Notes: generated by a model from the letters alone, not told the origin. A stretch of 64,000 nucleotides of DNA from an uncultured Bacteroidales bacterium (GCA_963789985.1 CAWBNA010000019.1:400464-464463); one strand, 5' to 3'. Positions 45,906 to 55,679 are shown, counted from the stretch's first letter. Numbers and translations: made by a program.

Positions 45906-47368
45906 TGGTTTTGTTTTTTTCCTATGAAAAGGCAAAGCAAATTTCTTGAATCCCTCATAACAAGGTAGTTGCCTGCTAATGCCATCGGTCCCCAGGCCTC
46001 AACCCCTTTAATTATCCTGTGCTGTGTGATCAGTGAAGCCTGTGATCCGTCAATCCTGAACAAATATAAATTTGCATTATCATCCAGCAAAAGCAATTTG
46101 TCATCTTTCATTATATAAGGTCCCAGACCTCTTCCGAATCTCATGTCCTTTCCGCTGCTCCAGAGAGGCTTTTTCAGGTCCGACCTGTTGTAGCAGACAA
46201 GTTGCTTCTTCAGCGGCCCTGCATTCTCAGGCATTACTGTCCATATAAAATCGCCCTTCGGTATAGGGGTCTGCTGGTCGCTTGAAATTCCCTCCATTGG
46301 CTTGTGTGATTCCAGAAGGGTTGCTGAATAAGCTGATCCGTTCAGGCTGATCCTTATTCTGGCGCCTCCTGCGCCGTAACTTCCAAATACCGCGATCTCA
46401 TTATTGCCAAGGTAAACAGGTGATGCGGCTGTAGTTGCCGGGTTCCATTCTTTTGTTTTCCAAAGCAGCTTTCCTGTGTCGTCACCATCAGCGGCCACGC
46501 CAACAACTCCTCCAATGGCATTATAAACGTACATTCTCCTTCCATGTATTTCCATTGGTATAATTGATCCATGCGACATTCTCAAAGAATCAGGATTAGG
46601 GGTCTTCCATATTACCTTCCCGTCAGAGCATCTGACGCCAATCATAAGCGCTTTCCCTCCGGGCGCAAGTACCGCTACATCATTGTCAATAAGCGGACAT
46701 TGACCCGTATAAAAATCCGGAGTGATTCTCCCTTTTATTTTACCTGCAATTCCAAACTCCTTCTCCATATCGATCCTCCAAAGGAGGTTTCCATTAAGCG
46801 GATCAAGACACATTACATGCGATCTTGGGCCAATTGAGACAAGATACTTATCAGTCACTGCCGGTATTGTTCTTGAGTATCCATGGTTACGCTTGAGATC
46901 AACGTTGTACCACCTTCTCCAGAGTTCCAGCCCTGACTTGAGTGAAAAGCAGCGCAGCATGTCGGCTTTCTTTCTTTCATTGTAATCCATTAGATAAACC
47001 CTTCCATTCAGCACTGCCGGACCCGCATAACCTTCACCGAGCGTTACTTTCCACATAACAGGAGTACCGGCTGTATCCCAGGATTCTGCAATTTCAAAAG
47101 TGTCTTTACTGATGTTATCAAAATCACTTCCCCTGAATCTTGGCCAGCTTCCGGGGACCAATCCATCAAATGCAGCCAGAGTGTCAAAAAACTCACCAAT
47201 AATTACACTGTCAGTCCTTGGCACAGTTTTAGGACGGTTATCCATGCCGGGAACGCGCAGAACGATATCAGCGGGATAATGATTACCGGCAAACCACCAG
47301 ATCAGGGCCCCTGATAAAAGAACGGCAGTGATGCCTGTGAACAGTGTATTATTTTTCTTAAGTGTCAT
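45902..47368 (-). CDS. PQQ/BamB-like beta-propeller repeat protein (paralog P4), N-terminally anchored
   Basis: 488 aa with an N-terminal TM, then SWPRFRG. Blade motifs SGLELWRR, NGNLLWRI, DGKVIWKT, TGKLLWKT. Confidence 0.8.
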   Translation of the reverse strand: MTLKKNNTLFTGITAVLLSGALIWWFAGNHYPADIVLRVPGMDNRPKTVPRTDSVIIGEFFDTLAAFDGLVPGSWPRFRGSDFDNISKDTFEIAESWDTAGTPVMWKVTLGEGYAGPAVLNGRVYLMDYNERKKADMLRCFSLKSGLELWRRWYNVDLKRNHGYSRTIPAVTDKYLVSIGPRSHVMCLDPLNGNLLWRIDMEKEFGIAGKIKGRITPDFYTGQCPLIDNDVAVLAPGGKALMIGVRCSDGKVIWKTPNPDSLRMSHGSIIPMEIHGRRMYVYNAIGGVVGVAADGDDTGKLLWKTKEWNPATTAASPVYLGNNEIAVFGSYGAGGARIRISLNGSAYSATLLESHKPMEGISSDQQTPIPKGDFIWTVMPENAGPLKKQLVCYNRSDLKKPLWSSGKDMRFGRGLGPYIMKDDKLLLLDDNANLYLFRIDGSQASLITQHRIIKGVEAWGPMALAGNYLVMRDSRNLLCLFIGKKQNQ

Positions 47369-47498
47369 ACACCATCAGAAATCTCTATATCGTTTTTACC
47401 ATTAAATGGTTATCGAACAGATGGAAATACAATTCTTTTCGAAACCTGCCGAACGGTGTTCATTCGCACGGGCCTTGAGGCAAAAAATGTCACAGGAA

Positions 47499-48806
47499 TC
47501 ACCTGGCAACTCTGACACACTTTAACTGGTTTTGATCCCTGATAAGGAGCTTACCGTCCGCAAGCGCAAGGGGTGCCCAGTTTTGAGTCGAAAATCTTGG
47601 ATCTGCACCTGATGCTACAACAAGCAACTTTGCTGATGCAATGGGCTTAAAGGCTGATGGATCGGGCTCAATAAGGTACAAATTGTTACTGCCGTCGGTG
47701 CTGATCAGCAACCCATCGGCGAGAACCGAGCCACCCTTATCAAATAACGGAGATCTCCCTGTTTTCCATTTAATCTGGCCGTCAATACTCATACAAACCA
47801 GGCCGTCTTTTCTTTCGTTGGTTGTATATTGAGCATAAAAATAGCCGTTATAAAGAACCGGAGGTTGTGTATGCGCACCAAAATCAGCATTTTTATAAAG
47901 TTCTGTAACACCGTAGCTGCCATCCGCTTTTCTTTCAACCTTTATCATTGCAGCTCCGGCCTGGTATCCGCCTGTAAGCAGAACCCTGCCTTCACCGGCA
48001 TCAACTGCACTTGGCACCGGAATACGACATTGCCAGTTCGTATATTCCCAAAGGATCTTACCCGTAAGCGGATCAATTCCAACGACCTTACCTCCAGTGC
48101 CATTTTGTCCGAAGCCACCACCTTCTGAAGCGGTTATCATAACAATGTGATCCTTTCCGCCAACTTTTACAAACGACGGGCTGACATATCCTACAGGACC
48201 AAGAGCCGGAGTTTTCCATTTCACATTGCCGGTAAGTTTTTCATAAGCTACAACTCCCGCCTGTGGCGTCTGTGAAGCCAGAATGACCAGATCGCCATAA
48301 ACCAAAGGACACTGGGTAATTGCCCATCTCGGAATTTCACCACCGCCGAAATCAGTCCAGACGTTCTTTTTCCAGATTGGCTTGTGCGTGTTGATATCTA
48401 TACAATAAAGGTTTCCGTAAGGACCGCATGAATAAATCCGGTTACCGTCCAATGCCGGTACGCTTCGCGAGCCGGGAAACTGAACAGACCCTGGAGCATC
48501 ATAGCTGAACTTCCAAAGTTCTTTACCATTTGAAAGGTCAAAACATCTCATAATATCGCCAGCCTGGTCATTTCTGTCCAGTAAATAAACCTTACCGTCT
48601 TTGATAACAGGTCCGCCAAAACCGATTCCCACATTAGCCGTCCATAAAACTTCCGGACCCTGCTGAGGCCAGGAACGCATAATACCTTTCTGGTCCGACG
48701 CACTATTTCTGTTGGGTCCAAGATACTGGGGCCAGTCTTGGGAGTAGACATTTGTAATTCCAACTAATAAAACAGCCATCAAAACATACATCTTACTCTG
48801 TTTCAT
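47499..48806 (-). CDS. PQQ/BamB-like beta-propeller repeat protein (paralog P5), secreted
   Basis: 435 aa with a signal peptide, then DWPQYLG. DIMRCFDLSNGKELWKF parallels P4 DMLRCFSLKSGLELWRR. Further blades TGNVKWKT, TGKILWEY, DGQIKWKT. Confidence 0.8.
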   Translation of the reverse strand: MKQSKMYVLMAVLLVGITNVYSQDWPQYLGPNRNSASDQKGIMRSWPQQGPEVLWTANVGIGFGGPVIKDGKVYLLDRNDQAGDIMRCFDLSNGKELWKFSYDAPGSVQFPGSRSVPALDGNRIYSCGPYGNLYCIDINTHKPIWKKNVWTDFGGGEIPRWAITQCPLVYGDLVILASQTPQAGVVAYEKLTGNVKWKTPALGPVGYVSPSFVKVGGKDHIVMITASEGGGFGQNGTGGKVVGIDPLTGKILWEYTNWQCRIPVPSAVDAGEGRVLLTGGYQAGAAMIKVERKADGSYGVTELYKNADFGAHTQPPVLYNGYFYAQYTTNERKDGLVCMSIDGQIKWKTGRSPLFDKGGSVLADGLLISTDGSNNLYLIEPDPSAFKPIASAKLLVVASGADPRFSTQNWAPLALADGKLLIRDQNQLKCVRVAR

Positions 48807-48936
48807 TTTAATTACTCTTTGACTTTATTAATAACTAATATTAAATAAATTACAATGATCATTATCTTTTTATTTCTTTCCTTGTGTCTGCCAGCAATTC
48901 GTATAACTCTGACAAAAATAAAACTTATTCTGAATG

Positions 48937-49614
48937 CTAGTTTTTAATACGTCCGTTTTCTATTGTAATAACCCTGTCAGCGAAAGAATCCGGAACAGCG
49001 CCATGAGTTGCGACAATTACTGTCACTTTCTTCTCTTTCCTCAAATGTCTGAGATACCCAAGAATTTCTGAGGCAGTTTCATCATCCACCGAACCGGTCG
49101 GCTCATCAGCAAGAATGAGCGATGGTTGTTTGACAAGTGTTCTGATTATTGCCACTTTTTGCTGCTGACCTGCACTGAGTTCTTCCGGAAGAAGGTGTAA
49201 CTTATCCATTAACTGAAATTGTTCAAAATATGGCATAACCAGGTTCCTTATCTCATTCTGCGCAAGACCCTTAGGTGCCAGAGCTACTTCAATGTTCTCA
49301 AATATGGTGTAGGTAGGAAGAAGATTGAAACTTTGAAAGATTATCCCGATCTGATTCAACAACAGGTTGCTTAATGACCTGTTGTCAAGTTCATTGATCA
49401 TCTTATCTTCAATCCTTATAGTGCCCGATGTAGGTTTAATAAGTCCGTCAATAAGGTTTAACAGGGTGGATTTTCCTGCACCGGATCTGCCCTTCAGAAT
49501 TACCATTTCATCGTGTTGCACCTGCAGATCTATATCTGTAACTGCATTTATCGTATGTCCTTTGCTTTTGTATTGTTTGCTGATGGAGATGCATTCTATA
49601 AATGAATTGTTCAT
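48937..49614 (-). CDS. ABC transporter ATP-binding protein
   Basis: 225 aa with Walker A GRSGAGKST, signature LSAGQQQKV and Walker B LILADEPT. Confidence 0.9.
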   Translation of the reverse strand: MNNSFIECISISKQYKSKGHTINAVTDIDLQVQHDEMVILKGRSGAGKSTLLNLIDGLIKPTSGTIRIEDKMINELDNRSLSNLLLNQIGIIFQSFNLLPTYTIFENIEVALAPKGLAQNEIRNLVMPYFEQFQLMDKLHLLPEELSAGQQQKVAIIRTLVKQPSLILADEPTGSVDDETASEILGYLRHLRKEKKVTVIVATHGAVPDSFADRVITIENGRIKN

Positions 49615-49633
49615 TGTTGCAGTTTTGATTGGT

Positions 49634-50824
49634 TTACAAATAATTCTTCATAATATCCCCTGCTTTTGTACGATAGATTTTTATTATTGGGAAAATACCG
49701 GCAATGAGAGCTCCCAATAAGGATAAGCAGTACAATAGCGGTATACCTGCGTATCGAAACCTGAACTCAATATATTGAAACAAAGGAATATTAATATTTT
49801 TCAAAACCCCGATTACTCCGATCCCCATCAATAATCCGATGGTAACTCCAATTATTGACTGAATAAACGAAACCATAAGAATATGTGTACTGAGATCGAA
49901 GTCTGACCAACCAAGCGACTTTAATATTCCGATTTCCCTGAACCTCTCCATCAGAGCTGTAAGTTGTGTTTTGGCAGAAAAAAGAACCAGGAAAATAAAT
50001 ATCAGGATCGTAAGTCCCAGAGTCGATTTATCTATCATCGCCATTACCTTATATGCAGGTTGGTAGCAGTTGTAGCTTGAAACAGCGAATTTATACATCA
50101 TATTTCTGATACGTTCCATTACTTTATCCTGCAACCTGGAGTCAGCTACTTCAACCAGGATAATATTCATATCATAACTGGGAGAAATGCATTGAAGTTG
50201 GTCTCTCAGGATTGACCTTACAAATTCAATGGGGGCATAAAAATCAGCTTTGACCGGCTTGATCCCTGAATTTACGATGCCTGCCAGAACCATCCTGCCT
50301 CCGAATACATCCAGCGTATCTCCGAGGGAAAGATTATGCGCTACTGCAAAAGACTGTTCTGCGACAAGTTCATCAGAGTTGGCTGAAAGAAATTTACCTG
50401 CAATCAGATTTGTACGGGCACAAACATTATTTTTGGTTGCAATACTTGTGGTATCAATCCCACTTATGGAAATATCCGACCGAAATCTTTCATTATATAT
50501 TTTATAGAGCAGGCAGGGCGCTGCATCCTTTATACCCTCAACATTCTTTACTGTTCTGAGCAGATCATTGTCCAGCATCATTGTCTTGACACCTTCAGCA
50601 TAAACAGTACCATTTGCCTTACTGCCGGAACAGCAGGCTGAATCGGTTGGAATATATACAATAAAATGAGTTCCTGTACTTTGCAATATTCCAAATGAAT
50701 CTTTCCTGTTTGATCCGTTTATGCATAATATTATCAGGATAAAAACAGCAGCGACGGCATATCCGGTTATGCTGAAGATGGTTCTCCAGTAATGCCGGAG
50801 AAGCTCTTTAAAAATATATTTCAT
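49634..50824 (-). CDS. FtsX-family ABC permease
   Basis: 396 aa with an N-terminal TM, a large extracytoplasmic domain and three C-terminal TM helices. Directly upstream of its ATPase. Confidence 0.8.
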   Translation of the reverse strand: MKYIFKELLRHYWRTIFSITGYAVAAVFILIILCINGSNRKDSFGILQSTGTHFIVYIPTDSACCSGSKANGTVYAEGVKTMMLDNDLLRTVKNVEGIKDAAPCLLYKIYNERFRSDISISGIDTTSIATKNNVCARTNLIAGKFLSANSDELVAEQSFAVAHNLSLGDTLDVFGGRMVLAGIVNSGIKPVKADFYAPIEFVRSILRDQLQCISPSYDMNIILVEVADSRLQDKVMERIRNMMYKFAVSSYNCYQPAYKVMAMIDKSTLGLTILIFIFLVLFSAKTQLTALMERFREIGILKSLGWSDFDLSTHILMVSFIQSIIGVTIGLLMGIGVIGVLKNINIPLFQYIEFRFRYAGIPLLYCLSLLGALIAGIFPIIKIYRTKAGDIMKNYL

Positions 50825-50994
50825 TCGTAAAACCTTGTTAAAGCCTGGCGCAATTTAAAGAAAAAACAGGAAAAATTTTCCCATGATTTATTGATTAAAA
50901 TTTCCAGCTTATTTTGGTAAGAAATACCCGCGGTGCTCCGGCACCTCATTCAGGTCATTCCACCCGATGACAATTATATCATCTGCATGCTCCT

Positions 50995-52341
50995 TCAGTT
51001 TCCGTATAACCTTTCGCCGAGAGCTGCCCTTAATCTGTAAATGCTTGCAGCATAATCTATTCTGGCATTTAGCAGCATAAGCCTGCTTTCGGAAACAGCG
51101 GTATTGGAATCAAGAAGCTCCAGATTGGTTATTGCTCCTGCCCTGAAACTTGTTTCAGCGAGTGAATAAGCCTTAAGCGCCTGTTCAAGCTGAAGAGTGA
51201 ACTGTGACACTTTCTGATAGGCTGATTCCAGGTACGACTCAGCTGCAATGACTTCAGAAGTAATGTTTCTCCTGGTATTTTCAGTTTCATAATTTGCACT
51301 GCTGATCGCTGATTTTGCCTGCATCAGGTTGTACCTGGTTTTCATTCCGTCAAAGATCGGAACAGAAATGCCAACACCTACTGTATAATCAGCTTTTATA
51401 ACATTCAGGTCAGGAATATAACCATTCTTTGCTCCGCCTGATGCAAAAAGGCTTATGAGAGGCCTGTTGAGCGACCTTATCAGGTCGTACTTTAATCCTG
51501 CAAGGGAAGCTTTTCCTTTTTCTATAAGCATCTCATCACGGTTGCGCAGTGCATAGATCAGCAATGAGTCCTTGTTTTCAACCGGCAATGTGATACTTAA
51601 TTCTTCTTTTACAACTGGTTTCAGGTTATCCTTCCCAAGAAGAGAACTGAGATATGACTGCTGGATTTCAAGAGAAGAGAGGAGATCGACTTTCTGACTC
51701 TCAGCAGTAGATATTCTAACTTCTGTAGTAAGTATTTGGTAATCAGTCGCTGATCCGGTTGCTTTCATTGTTTTGATATAATCAAGATGCGCCCCAAGGG
51801 TGGAAAGCTGTTCATTCTTGATAATGACTGCCTCCTGCAGAAATGCAATTGTATAAAAGCTGTTTATTGCAGCGAGTGACATCTTTTGCTTAACCTGTTC
51901 AAGAGCCTTTTCACCGATAGTCTTGCTTTCCTGCTCAACATCCACGCTTTGACGTGTTCTTCCAAAATCATAGATGACCTGACTATAATTGACGGAACCT
52001 GTATAATTATTTTGAGGATAAAGCTGGAATGAGCCCAGAGTAGGAATCGTCAGTTTCACAACGGGTCCCATATTGACATAACTTGCGGTGGCATCGACCT
52101 GAGGATAATAACCTGTTTTTGCCAGACCGATACGTGCATCTGCATTTTTCAAAGCTTCTTCAGCATCCTTGACAGTGGGATGGTTCTTCACGATCTCTTC
52201 GATTATTGCACTCAATGAAAGAGAATCATTTACAGACGCTTGTGAAGAAAAATTATTTGCCTGTCCAGGCGCATCAGGGCTGATCAAAATGGAAGCAACA
52301 GTAAAAGGAATTGCCGCAAAAGTTTTAATTATATTATTCAT
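50995..52341 (-). CDS. TolC-family outer membrane efflux protein
   Basis: 448 aa with a signal peptide and a two-repeat coiled-coil/beta-barrel pattern. 8-nt overlap with the upstream MFS gene. Confidence 0.8.
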   Translation of the reverse strand: MNNIIKTFAAIPFTVASILISPDAPGQANNFSSQASVNDSLSLSAIIEEIVKNHPTVKDAEEALKNADARIGLAKTGYYPQVDATASYVNMGPVVKLTIPTLGSFQLYPQNNYTGSVNYSQVIYDFGRTRQSVDVEQESKTIGEKALEQVKQKMSLAAINSFYTIAFLQEAVIIKNEQLSTLGAHLDYIKTMKATGSATDYQILTTEVRISTAESQKVDLLSSLEIQQSYLSSLLGKDNLKPVVKEELSITLPVENKDSLLIYALRNRDEMLIEKGKASLAGLKYDLIRSLNRPLISLFASGGAKNGYIPDLNVIKADYTVGVGISVPIFDGMKTRYNLMQAKSAISSANYETENTRRNITSEVIAAESYLESAYQKVSQFTLQLEQALKAYSLAETSFRAGAITNLELLDSNTAVSESRLMLLNARIDYAASIYRLRAALGERLYGN

Positions 52342-53956
52342 GAATAGGAATTTTTTCAGTTTTAGATTTTCTTGTGTGCATAAAGATAATGGGGATGCCT
52401 CCCAGAAGCGTTATAATGCCGGATATTAGAAAGTCATCATTTATGCCTTCAATGTAAGCCTGTTTGTTCACGTTTGTCATTATTGTGATCTGAGAATATT
52501 CAGCAGTGCCTGAAGGTGATACTCCTGCATCGTGCAGCATATAAAATTTTATTTTGCCTGCAGTTTGCCGATAGGTTTGTGATGTCGATTCAAGTGCTGA
52601 TCCAAATTGCTGAGCATGGTATATGGACCTGGTAGTAAGCATCGTTGCCAGGATGGCAACCCCCAGGCTTCCGCCAAGCTGGCGTATCGAGTTTGAAATA
52701 CCAGATGCCTGGGCCATTTTTTCACGGGATATTTCAAGAAGTGATACTGTGTTAAGCGCAGTGAAGGTGAAACCCATTCCAAATCCCCTGACATACAGTG
52801 AGATCATAATAGATTTCATTTCACTTAAATAGGAAAGTTTTGAATTAAGGTAAAAACTGAATGCCATCAGGAAAATACCAATGATAATCGGTAACTTCGG
52901 ATTTATCTTGTCGGATATTCTTCCTGAAATCGGGGCAATAACTCCCTGAATTATCCCGACCGGAAGAAATACTGACCCTGCCTGAAGTGCCGTGTAACCC
53001 ATTGAATTCTGGAGATAAACAGGAAGGAGAAAAGTGCTCCCGAACATTCCCAGGCTGAAAAATACCATTAAGATCTGAGCAAGTCCGAAGTTATGATTTC
53101 CAAGAAGCCTCAGGTCAATAATAGGATCTTTTACAGTAAACTCAACTGTAATAAATACGGCAAGGGCAACAATTGAAATGGCTGCACATAAAAGAATATA
53201 AGGCGCATGCCATCCTGCAGAATTTGTAGCGGCAGTGGTTTCGGAAAGCGCATAGAGAGTAAGCGGAAGAAAAACTGTAACTGAGATAAACCCAACGGGA
53301 TCAAACTTCCTTTTGACAGGATTCTTGTATTCCGACTGGATTATTATGGTAAAGATCATGGCAAGAATTCCTATGGGGATATTAATTCCGAATATCCATT
53401 GCCAGCTGAAATTGTCTATTATGAATCCTCCGATTGTCGGTCCGAACGACACCGACGCGGCTGCCGCAATGCCCCAGAATCCAAGCGCAAGTCCCCTCTG
53501 TCTGACAGGAAATTCCCTTGATATTATTGCCATTCCCAGGGGCTGAAGTGTCCCTGCACCCATTCCCTGGATTATCCTCGCCGCAATAAGCGCGTTCTCA
53601 TTGGGTGACAGACCGCAAAGCAAGGAACCTGAAGTAAAAAGAAGCAACCCCAGAAAGTACATCCTTTTGTAACCAAACTTGTCAGCAAGCCAGCCTGAAG
53701 TGGGCAGCATGACTGCCATTGCAAGCATATAGGCTGTCACTATCCATTGAACCTTATCAAGACCTATGCCGAATGAAGCCATTATCTTGGGAAGAGAAGT
53801 GTTCACGACGGTACCATCAAGAACAGCCATAAATGTTCCGAACATGACATTGCCAAGCAGCAGCCATTTATATCTCCTGTTCCTGGGATTAAAAGCCGAA
53901 TCTGGTTTCCTCACCAGTTTACGAATCCGATGAGACGGCGTCCTGTTTCTCTCCAT
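52334..53956 (-). CDS. MFS efflux transporter, DHA2 (EmrB/QacA) family
   Basis: 540 aa with about 14 TM segments and the motif LPTSGWLADKFGYKR. Confidence 0.85.
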   Translation of the reverse strand: MERNRTPSHRIRKLVRKPDSAFNPRNRRYKWLLLGNVMFGTFMAVLDGTVVNTSLPKIMASFGIGLDKVQWIVTAYMLAMAVMLPTSGWLADKFGYKRMYFLGLLLFTSGSLLCGLSPNENALIAARIIQGMGAGTLQPLGMAIISREFPVRQRGLALGFWGIAAAASVSFGPTIGGFIIDNFSWQWIFGINIPIGILAMIFTIIIQSEYKNPVKRKFDPVGFISVTVFLPLTLYALSETTAATNSAGWHAPYILLCAAISIVALAVFITVEFTVKDPIIDLRLLGNHNFGLAQILMVFFSLGMFGSTFLLPVYLQNSMGYTALQAGSVFLPVGIIQGVIAPISGRISDKINPKLPIIIGIFLMAFSFYLNSKLSYLSEMKSIMISLYVRGFGMGFTFTALNTVSLLEISREKMAQASGISNSIRQLGGSLGVAILATMLTTRSIYHAQQFGSALESTSQTYRQTAGKIKFYMLHDAGVSPSGTAEYSQITIMTNVNKQAYIEGINDDFLISGIITLLGGIPIIFMHTRKSKTEKIPIHE

Positions 53957-53958
53957 AA

Positions 53959-54966
53959 TTATTTTCTCGTGATCTTTACAACTGCCGACATTCCGGACAG
54001 AATATTGAAAGAGGCTATATCCTTTCCGTTATCAGCACTGTCAATTGATATCCTGATAGGTATCCTCTGAGTAACTTTGGTGAAATTGCCTGAAGCATTA
54101 TTTGCAGGTATCAGTGAAAAAACTGATGCCGTGCTTGACCCAATAAGATACACTTTACCATAAAACCTCACATGTGGAAAAGCATCAATTGAAAACTTTG
54201 CTTTCTGGCCATCACGTATTTTTCCTATTTTGGTTTCCTCCAGATATGCCGATATCCATTTTTCCCTGTCATTTGTTACCGTGAAGACCGATTGACCTGG
54301 CTGAATAACATCCCCGGGAAGAAGCCATCTTTTGGAAATAACTCCGTCAGAAGGGGAATAAAGGTTTACATTTTTTAACTGGGTTATAAGCACCTTTATC
54401 TGTGCGTCTGCCGTTTCGGCAGCAGCAGCAGCTGACTTTATAAGTGCTTTCGAAACTAAAAGAAGCGATTTTGAAGCATCCACCTGTGCTGAAGAGGCCT
54501 CATAGGTTTTTTTGATATGGTCGAACTGCTCCTGAGTGATCACACCACCATCGAGCTGCTTTTGAGCTCTTTCAAGATCTTCTTTTGCCCTTTCGTAATT
54601 AATCTCCACAACTTTAAGGCTCTGCTGATCTGAAGCAAACTTCGTATCTGACTGCCTGATATTTGTAAGAGCCTGTTCCTTCAATGCTATTGCCTGGTTT
54701 TTTTGTGCAACAAGATCAGAACTGTCAAGCACTGCCAGAAGTTTTCCTCTGGTAACCCTGTCGCCTTCATCAGCATAAACAGATATTATCCTGCCGAGTA
54801 TTTTTGAACTCACGGTTATATTATCTGCATCGACATGTGCATCATCTGTTGATATGTAGATTGAATAATCCCTGTACCAATACCATGCTCCGGCTAAAAC
54901 GGCGACTATTACCAGACCTAAAGGAATATAGACCTTTAACTTTCTTTTTGCGGAATCCTGTTTCAT
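53959..54966 (-). CDS. HlyD/EmrA-family membrane fusion protein
   Basis: 335 aa with an N-terminal TM, a long coiled-coil and C-terminal beta domains. Adjacent to the MFS pump. Confidence 0.85.
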   Translation of the reverse strand: MKQDSAKRKLKVYIPLGLVIVAVLAGAWYWYRDYSIYISTDDAHVDADNITVSSKILGRIISVYADEGDRVTRGKLLAVLDSSDLVAQKNQAIALKEQALTNIRQSDTKFASDQQSLKVVEINYERAKEDLERAQKQLDGGVITQEQFDHIKKTYEASSAQVDASKSLLLVSKALIKSAAAAAETADAQIKVLITQLKNVNLYSPSDGVISKRWLLPGDVIQPGQSVFTVTNDREKWISAYLEETKIGKIRDGQKAKFSIDAFPHVRFYGKVYLIGSSTASVFSLIPANNASGNFTKVTQRIPIRISIDSADNGKDIASFNILSGMSAVVKITRK

Positions 54967-54999
54967 CTGTAAATCTTAATTTATCTTTTTGTTATAAAG

Positions 55000-55617
55000 C
55001 TATTTGTAAATCAAACCATTAATAAATATTCCTGTAATATCATTTACTTTTTCCGACAGCATTTTAAATTCATCTTCATCGATTACAAGCAAATCCTTGT
55101 CAGTCATGAAAGTGCTTCTCAGTCCCCTTAAGAGATCAAGAAAAAGCGTGGCAACCCTGTAAGTATCATCAATTGCAAAAAGATCCTCATTCTTACCTTT
55201 TTCAAGAATTTTCATCACAAGATTTTTTTCCTCCTCACGGAAATTAATGAGGGAGTCTGCAATAACCGGCTTTAAGTCTGACAGTGATGCCTGTCTGATT
55301 CTGCTTAAATTTAAAAGCTGCCTGAAATAGGAGAGTCTCGTCATGGCATATTTTCTAAGGCATTCAGCAGGGTCAGTTATACTTGCAATTCTTTCTTCAA
55401 GTATCCTTAGAAATTCTTCCTGCTCCCTTGAAATAACACTGTTGTACAGACTTTCTTTATCCGGGAAGTAATAATAAAGGGAGGCCTTTGAAATATGAAG
55501 ATCGCCGGCTATTTCCCTCATAGTGGTCTTTTCAACCCCGTAAAGTCCAAACCGTTTGCGTGCGGCCTTAATTATTAATTCAGCTTTGTCTTCCCTCGAC
55601 TTTTCCCGGATTTTCAT
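55000..55617 (-). CDS. TetR/AcrR-family transcriptional regulator
   Basis: Start moved to ATG 55617 (MKIREKSRED). HTH region GVEKTTMREIAGDLHISKASLYYYF. Confidence 0.85.
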   Translation of the reverse strand: MKIREKSREDKAELIIKAARKRFGLYGVEKTTMREIAGDLHISKASLYYYFPDKESLYNSVISREQEEFLRILEERIASITDPAECLRKYAMTRLSYFRQLLNLSRIRQASLSDLKPVIADSLINFREEEKNLVMKILEKGKNEDLFAIDDTYRVATLFLDLLRGLRSTFMTDKDLLVIDEDEFKMLSEKVNDITGIFINGLIYK

Positions 55618-55656
55618 CCTGTTAAAAATTTTTAGCTGCAAAAATAACAAACAAGC

Positions 55657-55679
55657 TGACCAAATTGTTAAAATGGTCA
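55657..55679. promoter_or_regulatory. candidate TetR operator palindrome upstream of the tetR-emrA-emrB-tolC operon
   Basis: TGACCAAATTGTTAAAATGGTCA. The 6-bp arms TGACCA/TGGTCA are separated by 11 nt. It lies 40-62 nt upstream of the proposed tetR ATG. Confidence 0.35.

Noticed and set aside
29618-48806. Calling the five propellers PQQ-dependent dehydrogenases.
   Set aside because: Only the generic PQQ-like/BamB-like repeat pattern is visible. No pqq biosynthesis genes or cytochrome c domains are in the window, and most are shorter than typical 8-bladed quinoproteins. Cofactor binding cannot be judged by eye.
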